Origin: Octopus bimaculoides
Taxonomy: Eukaryota
Direction of reading: 5' to 3'
Length of the DNA: 35,443 bases
Assembly: GCF_001194135.2 (NCBI RefSeq)
Contig: NC_068988.1
Location: 8,145,335-8,180,777, forward strand
In this document: positions 11,043 to 22,030 of the stretch, piece by piece
Position numbering within the stretch: position 1 is the stretch's first letter
Layout of the letters: every line of letters begins with the position of its first letter
Position numbers and translations under genes: made by a program
The notes under the pieces: generated by a model
The model's input: the letters and a program-made list of their open reading frames with translations, nothing else
Database searches by the model: none
What the model was told of the DNA's origin: nothing

Positions 11043-11204
11043 AGTCAGTTCGCACAAAAGTTCGAAGTGAACACTTACGTAATATTTGCGGTTTTAAACA
11101 TTGGGCAGAGGTACTACCNNNNNNNNNNAGTCAGTTCGCACAAAAGTTCGAAGTGAACACTTACGTAATATTTGCGGTTTTAAACATTGGGCAGAGGTAC
11201 TACC
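11043..11204. other. Identical 76-bp duplication across a 10-N gap (probable unmerged contig overlap)
   Basis: 11043-11118 equals 11129-11204 with N at 11119-11128. Confidence 0.85.
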
Positions 11205-11311
11205 TCAGGTCTGCATTAAAGGTACGCTCTTTGCAGTGTGCCCAAAGTTCGCGTTGGATGTTGCATTAGAAATACTCTATCCTTCTAACCTACATGGATT
11301 TTATATATATA

Positions 11312-11712
11312 GGCGCAGGAGTGGCTGTGTGGTAAGTAGCTTGCTTACCAACTACATGGTTCTGGGTTCAGTCCCACTGCGTGGCACCTTGGGCAAGTGT
11401 CTTCTACTATAGCCTCGGGCCGACCAATGCCTTGCGAGTGGATTTGGTAAAAGGAAACTGTAAGAATCCCGTCGTATATATGTATATGTATATATATATA
11501 TGTGTGTTTGTGTGTCTGTGTTTGTCCCCCCAACATCACTTGACAGCCGATGCTGGTGTGTTTATGTCCCCGTAACTTAGCGGTTCGGCAAAAAGAGACC
11601 GATAGAATAAGTACTAGGCTGACAAAGAATAAGTCCTGGGGTCGATTTGCTCGACTAAAGGCGGTGCTCCAACATGGCCGCCGTCAAATGACTGAAACAA
11701 AGAAAGAAAAAG
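11312..11712 (+). mobile_element. tRNA-derived SINE family A, full length
   Basis: ggcgcaggagtggctgtgtggtaagtagc... gggttcagtcccactgcgtggcaccttgggcaagtg... internal (TA/TG)n... gcggtgctccaacatggcc... gactgaaacaa; followed by (TAGA)n(CATA)n. Confidence 0.92.
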
Positions 11713-11713
11713 A

Positions 11714-11758
<45 letters not shown>

Positions 11759-11790
11759 CAGACACATACATACATACATACATACATACA

Positions 11791-11824
<34 letters not shown>

Positions 11825-12514
11825 CTTACATATGAAAAGGCATTCGCAAAATAGCAAGAAAGCAAAATAGTAAAGTATAAAAAATATATAAGAAAATATT
11901 AACAAAATATTTTAAAATTAAATTTTATACATCATTTAAATATTAGAGTGATATCTGAACCACTCTGTATACATATATTTGTGTATGCGTTTATACATAC
12001 ATACATACATGCATACATACATGCATGCATACATGCATATGCATATCGACCTAATTGTAAACGTTCTCTACCGGAGCCAGCTCACTCTCACTCGTGCTTG
12101 AATGTGCTTGCATATTTGCGCGTGTGGTGGTGGGGGGAGTGGACGATGGTCGGTGGGTAGGGGTTCAGGGATTGCATTTCACAGCCATTTTAAAAATAGG
12201 GCACCAAAAGAAAACTGGAGATGTTATCGATCGCAGCTTTGCATATAAAAAAAAAGCCAACAAAGCTGAACTTAATGGTTTAAATTATATTGGAATCTAA
12301 AAACTACTTCAGTGATTAAGTCTTTAAATAACAGTCATATCTTCATATCTTGAATTTACACAAAGATTCACATTTGTAAGGTTCATGCAATCGATTTTCT
12401 AGGTCTCACTCACCGCCCCTTGTGTGTGTGTGTGTATGTGTGTGTGTGTGTGTGTGTATGCGTGTGTGCGTGTGTGTACGTGTGTGTGTGTGTGTGAGTG
12501 TGTGTGTATGCATA

Positions 12515-12582
<68 letters not shown>

Positions 12583-13112
12583 TATAAATGTATATATACA
12601 CACGTATATATATACATACATATATATATACATTTATATNNNNNNNNNNNNNNNNNNNNNNNNNNNNNNNNNNNNNNNNNNNNNNNNNNNNNNNNNNNNN
12701 NNNNNNNNNNNNNNNNNNNNNNNNNNNNNNNNNNNNNNNNNNNNNNNNNNNNNNNNNNNNNNNNNNNNNNNNNNNNNNNNNNNNNNNNNNNNNNNNNNNN
12801 NNNNNNNNNNNNNNNNNNNNNNNNNNNNNNNNNNNNNNNNNNNNNNNNNNNNNNNNNNNNNNNNNNNNNNNNNNNNNNNNNNNNNNNNNNNNNNNNNNNN
12901 NNNNNNNNNNNNATATTTATTTATTTATTTATGCATGTATGTTTGTATGTAAGTATATAAATGTATGTGTGTTTTTTTTCCAGTATTTACAAATAACACG
13001 GAAATAATAAATAGACAGTTTCCAGGGTAACAAAAATTCACACAAGTACCAAGGATGTAACAGCCTGCTTATAAAGGTAGAAACTCCAGGTTTAGGTGAA
13101 ATGTTTTTGTAT

Positions 13113-13220
13113 AATATAGATAAATAAATAAATCGAGTTAAGCGCAGGAGTTATTCAAATTCTTTTACTTCCATTTGAATAGCTCCTACGTTTATCTCCA
13201 TTTGTTTATTTATCTATATT
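13113..13220. other. 108-nt near-perfect hairpin (48-bp arms, 12-nt loop); MITE-like or structured RNA
   Basis: 13113-13160 pairs with 13173-13220 with 3 mismatches and 3 G-U pairs (paired by hand). Confidence 0.8.
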
Positions 13221-13529
13221 TATGTATGTATGTATGTATGTATGTATGTATGTATGTATGTATGTATGTATGTGTGTGTGTGTATGTGTGTATTATGTAT
13301 GCTTTTATGCATGTGTGTAGTGTGTGTATGTACATGTATGAATGGATGTATGTTCTCTTTTGTTGCTTTTAGCTGAAACTTCACTCTGAGGAGAGAACTG
13401 GGAATAAAAATACAGAGTTTCATCATAGGAAGGTAGATAACGAAAACAAGTTTTGCGCATTTTTACTCTTCCGCTTATTTATTGTATTTGCAATGTACGA
13501 ATTTGCTATTTGTTTCCTTTTTCTAAAAA

Positions 13530-14200
13530 TCTCAGCTTATCCAGATTGTAATTTATACATTTCCTCACAAAACCAGGCACACAAATTATTATTGGTGTAA
13601 ATGAGAATTTATAATCTTTATTATCTCTTCTTAAGTGGAGACTGTCGATGCCACTGTTTCTATGGAAGTTTCTAGTTGATGTCAGGATCTTGCGAGTTTT
13701 AATGTCTATGGAATGGATTCCCTCTAACAACCAGTCAAGTATCCCAAATATTGGAATCAGCATTTATAAATTTGGAGACGATCATTCCGCTCTCAATTCT
13801 AAATGTGAGAATTGTTGCCCAGGCTTCTGTCAGCCTCTCAATGGCAGCAGTTGAAGAATGAAGTGCTTTTACCAAACGCAGACATTACAGCAACCACGAG
13901 AGAAATAGACTCGAATGCTTTCTAATAACGGAGCCATATCGTCGCAAGGCTTCTATGGTGTTTTCTTACTCCAAACATTGTTTATCAAAAGTTATTTGGC
14001 ACATATCCACACTCCCTTCATTCCATCACTCACTATAATCCTGCAAGAATTGGTTGGGACAGCTTGTGTACAGTTTATGCATAACATTTAGGCAAGCAAT
14101 GGGCCTGTAGTTTTCCGCCAACTCGGTGGTTTCATTCTTGATTACGATTACAAGATTCGCCGTGCTATAGCAAGACAATTTGGTATGTTTCACCTTCCCT
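13530..14200 (-). mobile_element. R4/Dong-like reverse transcriptase remnant, internally deleted
   Basis: NYRPIACLNVMHKLYTS, KHHRSLATIWLRY*KAFESI and FGILDW...IDIKTRKILTSTRNFHRNSGIDSLHLRR resemble NYRPITCL.T.YKL, NLSMAWIDYKKAFDS and DRKTRKLLT....HP.SD.DRLYL.R; the central RT including YxDD is missing. Probably continues past the SINE to about 14900-15050. Confidence 0.8.
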
Positions 14201-14212
14201 AGTCCTTTGAAT

Positions 14213-14600
14213 GTGGAGGCGCAATGGCCCAGTGGTTAGGGCAGCGGACTCGCGGGCATAGGATCGCGGTTTCGATTCCCAGACCAGGCGTTGTGAGTGT
14301 TTATTGAGCGAAAACACCTAAAGCTCCACGAGGCTCCGGCAAGGGATGGTGGTGAGCCCTGATGTACTCTTTCGCCACAACTTTCTCTCCCTCTTACTTC
14401 CTGTTTTCTATTGTGCCTGTAATTCAAAAGAGCCAGCCTTGTCACAGTGTGTCACGCTGAATCTCCCCGAGAACTACGTTAAGGGTACACGTGTCTGTGG
14501 AGTGCTCAGCCACTTGCACGTTAATTTCACGAGCAGGCTGTTCCGTTGATCGGATCAACTGGAACCCTCGACGTCGTAACCGACGGAGTGCCAACATTAC
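14213..14600 (+). mobile_element. tRNA-derived SINE family C, full length with 12-bp TSD
   Basis: A-box TGGCCCAGTGG, B-box GGTTTCGATTCC; TSD AGTCCTTTGAAT at 14201-14212 and 14601-14612; 3' stem-loop CGTCG-TAAC-CGACG before the CCAAC tail. Confidence 0.95.
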
Positions 14601-15272
14601 AGTCCTTTGAATACGCATATTAATGTTTTTCTATAAAATGTCAGCTTCTTGTACCAACATCCACCAATGTCCAACTAGAAGAGCCTTCCCATTATGCAGT
14701 TTGCCTACAGCTATAGTAAAAGATTTCGGGTCAGTTGTGTTGTATGTCTTACTGTCGCTGTTTGTGCAGTATTCTTTCCTAACAGTATTTAGTCACGAAA
14801 CATATTGTCCAACACTCTTACAATTAATAAAACTGAAACAAAGGCAATGTATTGCAACAGAAATACAGCAACAAAAGAATTTAAAGAAATAACGCATAAA
14901 GAAAAGAAACCCAACGGATTTTTCGACCAGCGCAACCCACCAATGGTCTCTTCAGGCTCAACTCTGTCATCCTTTTTTTTTCATTTAAATAAACCGGTGA
15001 TTTTACTACAATGTCCATTAGATAGTCCAAATTCTACAACGGTTTTATTTAATTTAATCTAATATATTTCAATCCCAATTAAAACGAAGAATATCGAAGC
15101 TGATATTCTCACTTAGCTGCCGCTGCCGACAATCAAACAAGCATAAGCGAAACGAGCAAATATATATTTACGAAGATGGACAAACATAATGGTAGATTTT
15201 ATCTGACGTTTTAAATCGTATAAGCCCGGAGTCTCTGATACGATTACCACAGAACAATTCATCATTGTATAC

Positions 15273-15401
15273 CTTGCATGGCGACTACAAATTACGTGAG
15301 TTTCCTCGTCGTGTCGTTTATTCAAGCAGACTTTTCGAGTATTCCATGGACAATACTTTACTATCCAAAGACATTTATATCCAAACAATGACATCGACGT
15401 C
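15273..15401 (-). CDS. Candidate internal exon C of the unidentified gene (TSMSLFGYKCLWIVKYCPWNTRKVCLNKRHDEETHVICSRHA)
   Basis: Acceptor ccattttccatctctgtag, donor AAG|GTATAC, 129 bp, only one open frame (phase 2 to 2), which matches its neighbours. Confidence 0.4.
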
Positions 15402-15547
15402 CTACAGAGATGGAAAATGGCTGCAGTAGACTCTTACATAGTATTTTCTCAAACAATTCGGCCTCTCCAGCAATCTTTACGTTATTTGTTCTGTTTCTAT
15501 TTACACGTCATTCTGACTCTCATTCGCGATACGTGCGTATGTGTATA

Positions 15548-15709
15548 AATAAATATATATATATGTACATATGTGTTTGTGCGTGTGTGTGTGTCTGTGT
15601 GTGTGTGTGTATTAAATGTGTACATATGTGTGTATATATATCTGTGTGCAAATTATATGAATGTACATACATATATACGAATATACATATATATATATAT
15701 ATATGGAGA

Positions 15710-15779
<70 letters not shown>

Positions 15780-15880
15780 TATATTATGTAAAAATATGTG
15801 TGCGTTTATGTACGTGTGTGCGCGCGCGTGTGTGTGTGTGTGTGTGTGTGTGTACATACACGCGCATACATACGTATATG

Positions 15881-15932
<52 letters not shown>

Positions 15933-15935
15933 CAC
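15548..15935. repeat. (TA)n/(TG)n/(TAGA)n compound microsatellite
   Basis: Seen directly. Confidence 0.9.
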
Positions 15936-16147
15936 TCACATACAGGTGTAAGAGTGTGTCTTTGAAGAACTAGAAGGTGGATGTATCTGAATGGCTCAGT
16001 GTCATTAATACACTATAGATATTCATACATAAGTGTGTGCGTGTGTATNNNNNNNNNNNNNNNNNNNNNNNNNNNNNNNNNNNNNNNNNNNNNNNNNNNN
16101 NNNNNNNNNNNNNNNNNNNNNNNNNNNNNNNNNNNNNNNNNNNNNNN

Positions 16148-16226
16148 NGGTCGATTTGCTCGACTAAAGGCGGGGCTTCAGCATGGCCGCAGTCAAATGA
16201 GTGAAACAGGTAAAAAAAAAGAGTAA
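16148..16226 (+). mobile_element. SINE family A 3' tail emerging from a gap
   Basis: ggtcgatttgctcgactaaaggcggggcttcagcatggccgcagtcaaatgagtgaaacaggtaaaa. Confidence 0.85.
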
Positions 16227-16479
16227 ATTGTTAAGTTTCGGGTCAGTGTGCTTTGTAACAATCCGAAGAACCAAGAGAACACGACAGGCGTAGACAGGCC
16301 GGCATGATGCTTTTGGGATTCGAACTACTAGTCTACGAAGCCTCTCAGCAATCTATTAGCTGGAAAGAGCAACCAAATATCTTTCGAATTACTTTCTGTT
16401 TCCTCAAAAATAAAGTAGCAAACGCAGATCACATTAGATATTATAGTCCTTGATACACTGGGCCTGAAAAATGATGGTA

Positions 16480-16695
16480 TACTCTTTACTCTTTACTCTT
16501 TTACTTGTTTCAGTCATTTGACTGCGGCCATGCTGGAGCACCACCTTTAGTCGAGTTAATCGACCCCAGGACTTATTCTTTTGGAAGCCTAGTACTTATT
16601 CTATCGGTCTCCTTTTGCCGAACCGCTAAGTTAAGGGGACGTAAACACACCAGCATCGGTTGTCAAGTGATGGTGAGGGGACAAACACAGACACA

Positions 16696-16748
<53 letters not shown>
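16480..16748 (-). mobile_element. SINE family A 3' half ending at its internal microsatellite
   Basis: Reverse complement matches 11505-11712. Confidence 0.9.
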
Positions 16749-16910
16749 GGTTACATACAGAGCACGTTTTATCATAGGTTTACCCAAAGAGGGCCGACCT
16801 TGGGCTAAACAATAACAGCAACAGCTAAACAATAATAATAACAACATTTTTACTTATCTGCTTCCTAGAATATTTCTAGCAAAGCAAAACATCACTGTTG
16901 CAAAAGTTAC

Positions 16911-17022
16911 CGTTTTCCGAACTGAATGCGTAGACGGGGCCTTTTAACATTGGAGCTGTTACTCCACGTTTTCCTTTTTGTTCTGGAAATGATTTTCCCC
17001 AATATTGGATCACGCAGTCCTG
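16911..17022 (-). CDS. Candidate internal exon B (GLRDPILGKIISRTKRKTWSNSSNVKRPRLRIQFGK)
   Basis: Acceptor tagtttcag (or tandem cag at 17019), donor ACG|GTAACT, phase 1 to 2. A second frame (QDCVIQYWGKSFPEQ...) is also open. Confidence 0.35.
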
Positions 17023-17201
17023 CTGAAACTAATCAATCAAGTTACAATATGTCAGCTCCAATCCAGTTTATGAATTTATCAATTGAAAGCGTCAAAATTA
17101 ATGTCGCTCGTTTGGTTTGCAATCTGAAATGTAACTGTGAAAGCACGTCAAAGCGAGGCATGGCGTTCTGTGTTAACAAGCTTCATATCGAAATCAAATA
17201 C

Positions 17202-17271
17202 CATGAACCGAAACGCCAACTTCAATATCCTCGAAGACGTAATTTTCATTAATTACTTGGATGTAACGAAG
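17202..17271 (-). CDS. Candidate internal exon A (LRYIQVINENYVFEDIEVGVSVH)
   Basis: Acceptor aatttccag, donor ATG|GTATTT, 70 bp, only one open frame (phase 0 to 1); 179-bp intron to exon B. Confidence 0.35.
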
Positions 17272-17598
17272 CTGGAAATTTCTACCAAGTAAAACAGAAA
17301 CGTCAGCACATCGGACTAAGAAATACCGAAATTTTTGCCATTTTTCTGCCGTCTTTTTACGTTGAGTTGAAATTCTACCGAGACCAATCTTGCAGTTCAT
17401 TGTTTCGTTTTCGATGAAATAAGGTACCAGTCAAGCACTGACTTGTTCCCTCCCCTCAAAATTTCTAGTTTTCAACTCTGCAAAGGACCGGCGTCCCGTT
17501 CAGAGAAATGTTGTGATCTCGGTCACTGATAATCTGTGGAAACCGGGGAACTAGCCATATTAATCTTAAGGTTCAAAGAAAACTTTCTTTAAAATTGA

Positions 17599-17958
17599 CA
17601 GACGGACTCACGGTCATAGGATCGCGGTTTCGATTCCCAGACCGGGCGTTGTGAGTGTTTATTGAGCGAAAACACCTAAAGCACCTCGAGGCTCCAGTAG
17701 GGGATGGTGGCGAACCCTGCTGTACTCTTTCACCACAACTTTCTCTCACTCTTACTTCCTGTTTCTGTTGTGCCTGTAATTCAAAGGGTCAGCCTTGTCA
17801 CACTCTGTGTCACGCTGAATATCCCCAAGAACTACGTTAAGGGTACACGTGTCTGTGGAGTGCTCAGCCACTTGCACGTTAATTTCACGAGCAGCTTGTT
17901 CCGTTGATCGGGTCAACTGGAACCCTCGACGTCGTAAGCGACGGAGTGCCAACAACAA
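17599..17958 (+). mobile_element. SINE family C, 5'-truncated
   Basis: More than 90% similar by eye to 14240-14597. Confidence 0.93.
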
Positions 17959-18071
17959 TAAACACAATATATATTTGTATGAGCTACTAAGTTTCATGCA
18001 AGGCAAAACAACTCAGACAGCTTATTATGACATATCTAGTTATTATGTTAAATGAATTGCTCTCACCAACT

Positions 18072-18119
18072 GGATCAACTGGAACCCTCGTCGTCGTAAG
18101 CGACGGAGTGCCAACAACA

Positions 18120-18121
<2 letters not shown>
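18072..18121 (+). mobile_element. SINE family C, last 50 bp only
   Basis: ggatcaactggaaccctcgtcgtcgtaagcgacggagtgccaacaacaac. Confidence 0.85.
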
Positions 18122-18152
<31 letters not shown>

Positions 18153-18572
18153 TATATATATATATATATATTGTGAACACAATTCATACAGCCCCGCCAA
18201 GCGTTTTGGGATAATTACACATGTATGGCAAACATTTTTTTTTTTAAATAAATGTACAATTTTAATATCCCGCATAGATTCCACCCATTTCCTATCAATG
18301 GAGAGATTAAATCAAAATAGCTGGAGATGCCACCATGTTTGGCATAATTTTCACAACGAGGCTACAATTCTATGCTTCTTTCAAACTGAGGTATACTCAG
18401 GAAACAAGTATACAATGCACATGCATATATATATTACATATCTGTGTGTGTGTGTTATGCGTGTGAATGTGCGTATGTATATATGCATATACACAGATAT
18501 ACACATGTATATATATGTGTGCGTGTGAGTATGTGCGCTATATATATATATATGTGTGTGTATGTGTATGCG

Positions 18573-18648
<76 letters not shown>

Positions 18649-19148
18649 NNNNNNNNNNNNNNNNNNNNNNNNNNNNNNNNNNNNNNNNNNNNNNNNNNNN
18701 NNNNNNNNNNNNNNNNNNNNNNNNNNNNNNNNNNNNNNNNNNNNNNNNNNNNNNNNNNNNNNNNNNNNNNNNNNNNNNNNNNNNNNNNNNNNNNNNNNNN
18801 NNNNNNNNNNNNNNNNNNNNNNNNNNNNNNNNNNNNNNNTATATATATGTATATATACGTTTGTATGTATGTATGTATGTATGTATGTATGTATGTATGC
18901 ATGTATGTTAGTAGGTATATATGTATGTATGCGTGTGTGTGTGTGTGTGTGTTTGTATGCATATATGCATGTAGGCAGCATGCGTATGTGTAGTTGCACA
19001 TGCGTGAGAGAGAGAAAGCGGGAGAGATAGGTGTTGATCTTACTGTCTCCAGGTATTAATTTTTCTGGTCTCTGTGAGATATCTCTTTAATCATTACTTT
19101 TGATATCAGTTACCATGACAACACCCAATTGATACGTCTTACTGTAGT

Positions 19149-19198
<50 letters not shown>

Positions 19199-19865
19199 TG
19201 TGTGTGTGTGTGTGTATGTATGTATGTACGTATGTATGTATGACTATATATTCATATTCATAGATTCTATTCTGAATGCAAGTGTGTTTAAAAGAAGAGA
19301 GAAAATGAAAAGGAGAAAGAGAGAGAGAGAGAGAGAGAGAAACAGAGAGGCTCTATGTCAGATGTGGGGGGGGGGAGAAAAAGGGAGAGAAAGAGTTGGA
19401 CAGACTTTGTATGAGCCTAATCTGTAACGTGGTATGGTTGCGTATAGCTCGCAGCATTTCTCTCTCTCCATCTCCTTATCTCTCTCCCGCTCTCTATTTC
19501 CTTCTCTCTCTCTCTCTCTATTTCGCTCTTTCTCATTCCTTATACATCTGAGTGGGTGTGCCTATACAAACGCGCACCTGCGTAGGGGTGAGCACACCCA
19601 CACAACTGGTTATTTGTGCAATACACGACGCTACATACAACAGCACATTCGCGAGGTCGAGTGGCCTACAGAACCCATGAGCGGCACGTCTTCCTCTAAA
19701 ACCCAACAAATAAAGGATCATTAATCAAAGTATACACACTTTAATCTAAATAAACCGTACTATGGATACATTACGACCGATCTTACTAATCGATTTCGCA
19801 TTGGGTATTGAAACTGGATGTTAGAAAACAGCATGTGTAAGTAATATAACGTGCTCATCAGCGCG

Positions 19866-20099
19866 TAAGGACAGCGAGGTGGCAGAATCGTTAGCACGCC
19901 GGGCGAAATGCTTTGCGGTATTTCGTGTACCGTTATGTTCTGAGTTCAAATTCCACCGAGGTCGATTTTGCCTTTCATCCTTTCGGGTCGATTAAATAAG
20001 TACCAGTTACGCACTGGAGTTGATGCAATCGATTTAATCCCTTTGTCTGTCCTTGTTTGTCCCCTCTATGTTTAGCCCCCTGTGGGCAATAAAGAAATA
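19866..20099 (+). mobile_element. SINE family B variant with 19-bp TSD
   Basis: A-box TGGCAGAATCG, B-box GAGTTCAAATTCC; TSD AATATAACG(T/C)GCTCATCAG at 19843-19861 and 20100-20118; the 3' tail differs from the copies at 3346 and 4034. Confidence 0.92.
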
Positions 20100-20627
20100 A
20101 ATATAACGCGCTCATCAGAGAACAGGGCTGTAAGCTAATATCCAGTGTGAATACCTTGTGTGAAACCCATTGGTAATATTGCTTGTAATGTTTCTATGAT
20201 TTTATACAGAATCATAGAAACATTTAGTAAGACTGGTTGTAATGGATACTACATGCCATTTCCTGCATATAAATTTCTTTTTCACACCTGCTCAACGTGC
20301 TATTTCTAAAATATTGAACAGGTGTGAGAGAGAGCCCCTTCGAGCACCGTTGCTGAGCTCGTTTCTTGCCTAAGCATCTGCAGCATAGTTATGAGTAAAC
20401 CTCTTGGAGGACTTGGGACTCAAGGTTTTGTTGCGGGTGAGGAAGGTCATGCCTAAAATGAGGATTTCAGTCATTCACCGTACTATTTCTGATTGGTTAG
20501 GATTGAATCACGTGGGCTTCTAGAGATAATTGGCATAAAACGGACGACAGTCCGCACTGATGGCTGACCTGAAGTTCCACAGGACCCAAAAGTAATGTGG
20601 GATTTGTGTTGGGTAGTTGCGATAAGG

Positions 20628-20882
20628 GTGGAGGCGCGTGGCTTAGTGGTTAGGGTGTCAGCACCATGATCGTAAGATTGTGGTTTCGATTCCTGGACCG
20701 GGTGACGCGTTGTGTTCTTGAGCAAAACACCTCATTTTACGTTGTTCCAGTCCACTCAGCTGGCAAAAATGAGTAACGCTGCGATGGACTGGCATCCCGT
20801 CCAGCTGGGGAACACATACGCCATTGAAACTGGGTCCATGAGCCTGGCTAGGCTTTAAAAGGGCGCATTTATTTATTTATTT
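20628..20882 (+). mobile_element. tRNA-derived SINE family E with 14-bp TSD and (ATTT)n tail
   Basis: A-box TGGCTTAGTGG, B-box GGTTTCGATTCC; TSD TAGTTGCGATAAGG at 20614-20627 and 20883-20896. Confidence 0.95.
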
Positions 20883-20899
20883 TAGTTGCGATAAGGAAG

Positions 20900-21740
20900 T
20901 GATAAGGTGACCCGATAGATACAGAAACAGTTGCAATTTGGTAGAGTTCAGGTTTTGAGGCGTGAAAGAAAGCAACAGTCTTCGAGCTGAATGTGTGAAA
21001 AGCGAATAGAGGATTATGAAACAAACATGGCGTAAAAAGTTGAGACTAGCAACATATTCGGCTTCTACATCGGCAGCATCGCTGTGGGATGAGTATGAAG
21101 GCCTGTGTCGAAGTCGCCGAAGATAATGATTTCTGATAGGGACAAGAGATGAGATGGATGTTCCTCGAGGCAGGGGGAGAATTGCTGGGGAGACGGAGCG
21201 ATAAAGAGAGTAAGGGTATTTGTGAAGGGATGAAATGGAGAGACTTTGAGTTCGAGTTGGTGGATGTCATTATTGCAAAGATCCAAATGATGGGGTGAGT
21301 GGAGTCTGCCTATATTGTGGACACCACCTATTTGTAGTGAAGTTCAAGTAGAGAGTGTGTCTTGGACAGTCGAGATGGATTTTTGGTAGGAGTTTGAGAA
21401 ATTTGGAGTCTTAGAACGGAGAAGAGTGCATGATTTGTAGTGGTGGGGATCTAGATTGTAGAGAAATCCTCCATGTTTGAGAAGAGGCAGGAGAATTGGC
21501 CAACATGCTTGGATTTTCCTTAGCGGTGCAGGTGGGGGGGGTCATCGGCGTGCGCAGACAGTGCTGGTGCGAGGGAACCCCAGGCAAGAAATATGGTCCA
21601 AATGTTTGCGACAAGGTGAAATCATACAGTTCTATATTTGAGAGATGAGGAATTATGTGCATTATTTACATCTGATGGATATTTAGCGGTGCAGGTGGGA
21701 TGGATCATCGGAGTGTGCAGACAGTGCTGGTACGAGGAAC
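20900..21740 (-). mobile_element. CR1/L2-type LINE remnant (AP-endonuclease region) with a 163-bp-spaced internal duplication
   Basis: ORF 21065-21286 contains LSLSEIIIFGDFD...H, resembling the GDFNxH endonuclease motif; duplicated segments start at 21520 and 21683. Confidence 0.55.
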
Positions 21741-21744
21741 CTAC

Positions 21745-21818
21745 GGGCATATGGTGTAGTGGTTAAGAGCGCGGGCTACTAACCCCAAGATTCCGAGTTC
21801 GATTCCAGGCAGTGACCC

Positions 21819-21892
<74 letters not shown>

Positions 21893-22030
21893 TCGGAATG
21901 AGAACCCAGGTTCAAAATGTCCTCAGGACACCTGATGAAGGCTGGAGAGTACATCAGCCGAAACATTGTGTTAACAACAAAAAAGATGAGGACAAATATC
22001 CGTCAAATGTAAATAATGTAAAAAAAAAAA
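21745..22030 (+). mobile_element. tRNA-headed SINE (family F) with internal (AAT)n and a hammerhead-like tail
   Basis: A-box TGGTGTAGTGG 21752-21762, B-box GAGTTCGATTCC 21795-21806, (AAT)n 21820-21891, unique tail, A-rich end. Confidence 0.8.
21918..21994 (+). ncRNA. Type I hammerhead ribozyme-like motif (this copy probably degenerate)
   Basis: Stem Ia GACAC/GTGTT, core CTGATGA(A), stem II GGCTG/CAGCC, GAAAC-A-TT, distal stem Ib TGTCCTCA/TGAGGACA. Confidence 0.65.

Noticed and set aside
11043-11204. Perfect 76-bp tandem duplication as a biological event
   Set aside because: 100% identical and separated by a nominal 10-N gap; typical unmerged contig overlap.
19578-19696. Further minus-strand exon (GRRAAHGFCRPLDLANVLLYVASCIAQITSCVGVLTPTQ) upstream of exon A
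   Set aside because: The acceptor is good but the in-phase donor (CAG|GTGCGC) is weak, and the resulting PTQLRYI resemblance to PTEN/tensin motifs is not backed by surrounding residues.
21745-21815. Functional tRNA gene (also considered for the heads at 14213, 20628 and 26929)
   Set aside because: A/B boxes are present but the acceptor and anticodon stems do not close, and each continues into a repeated SINE body.
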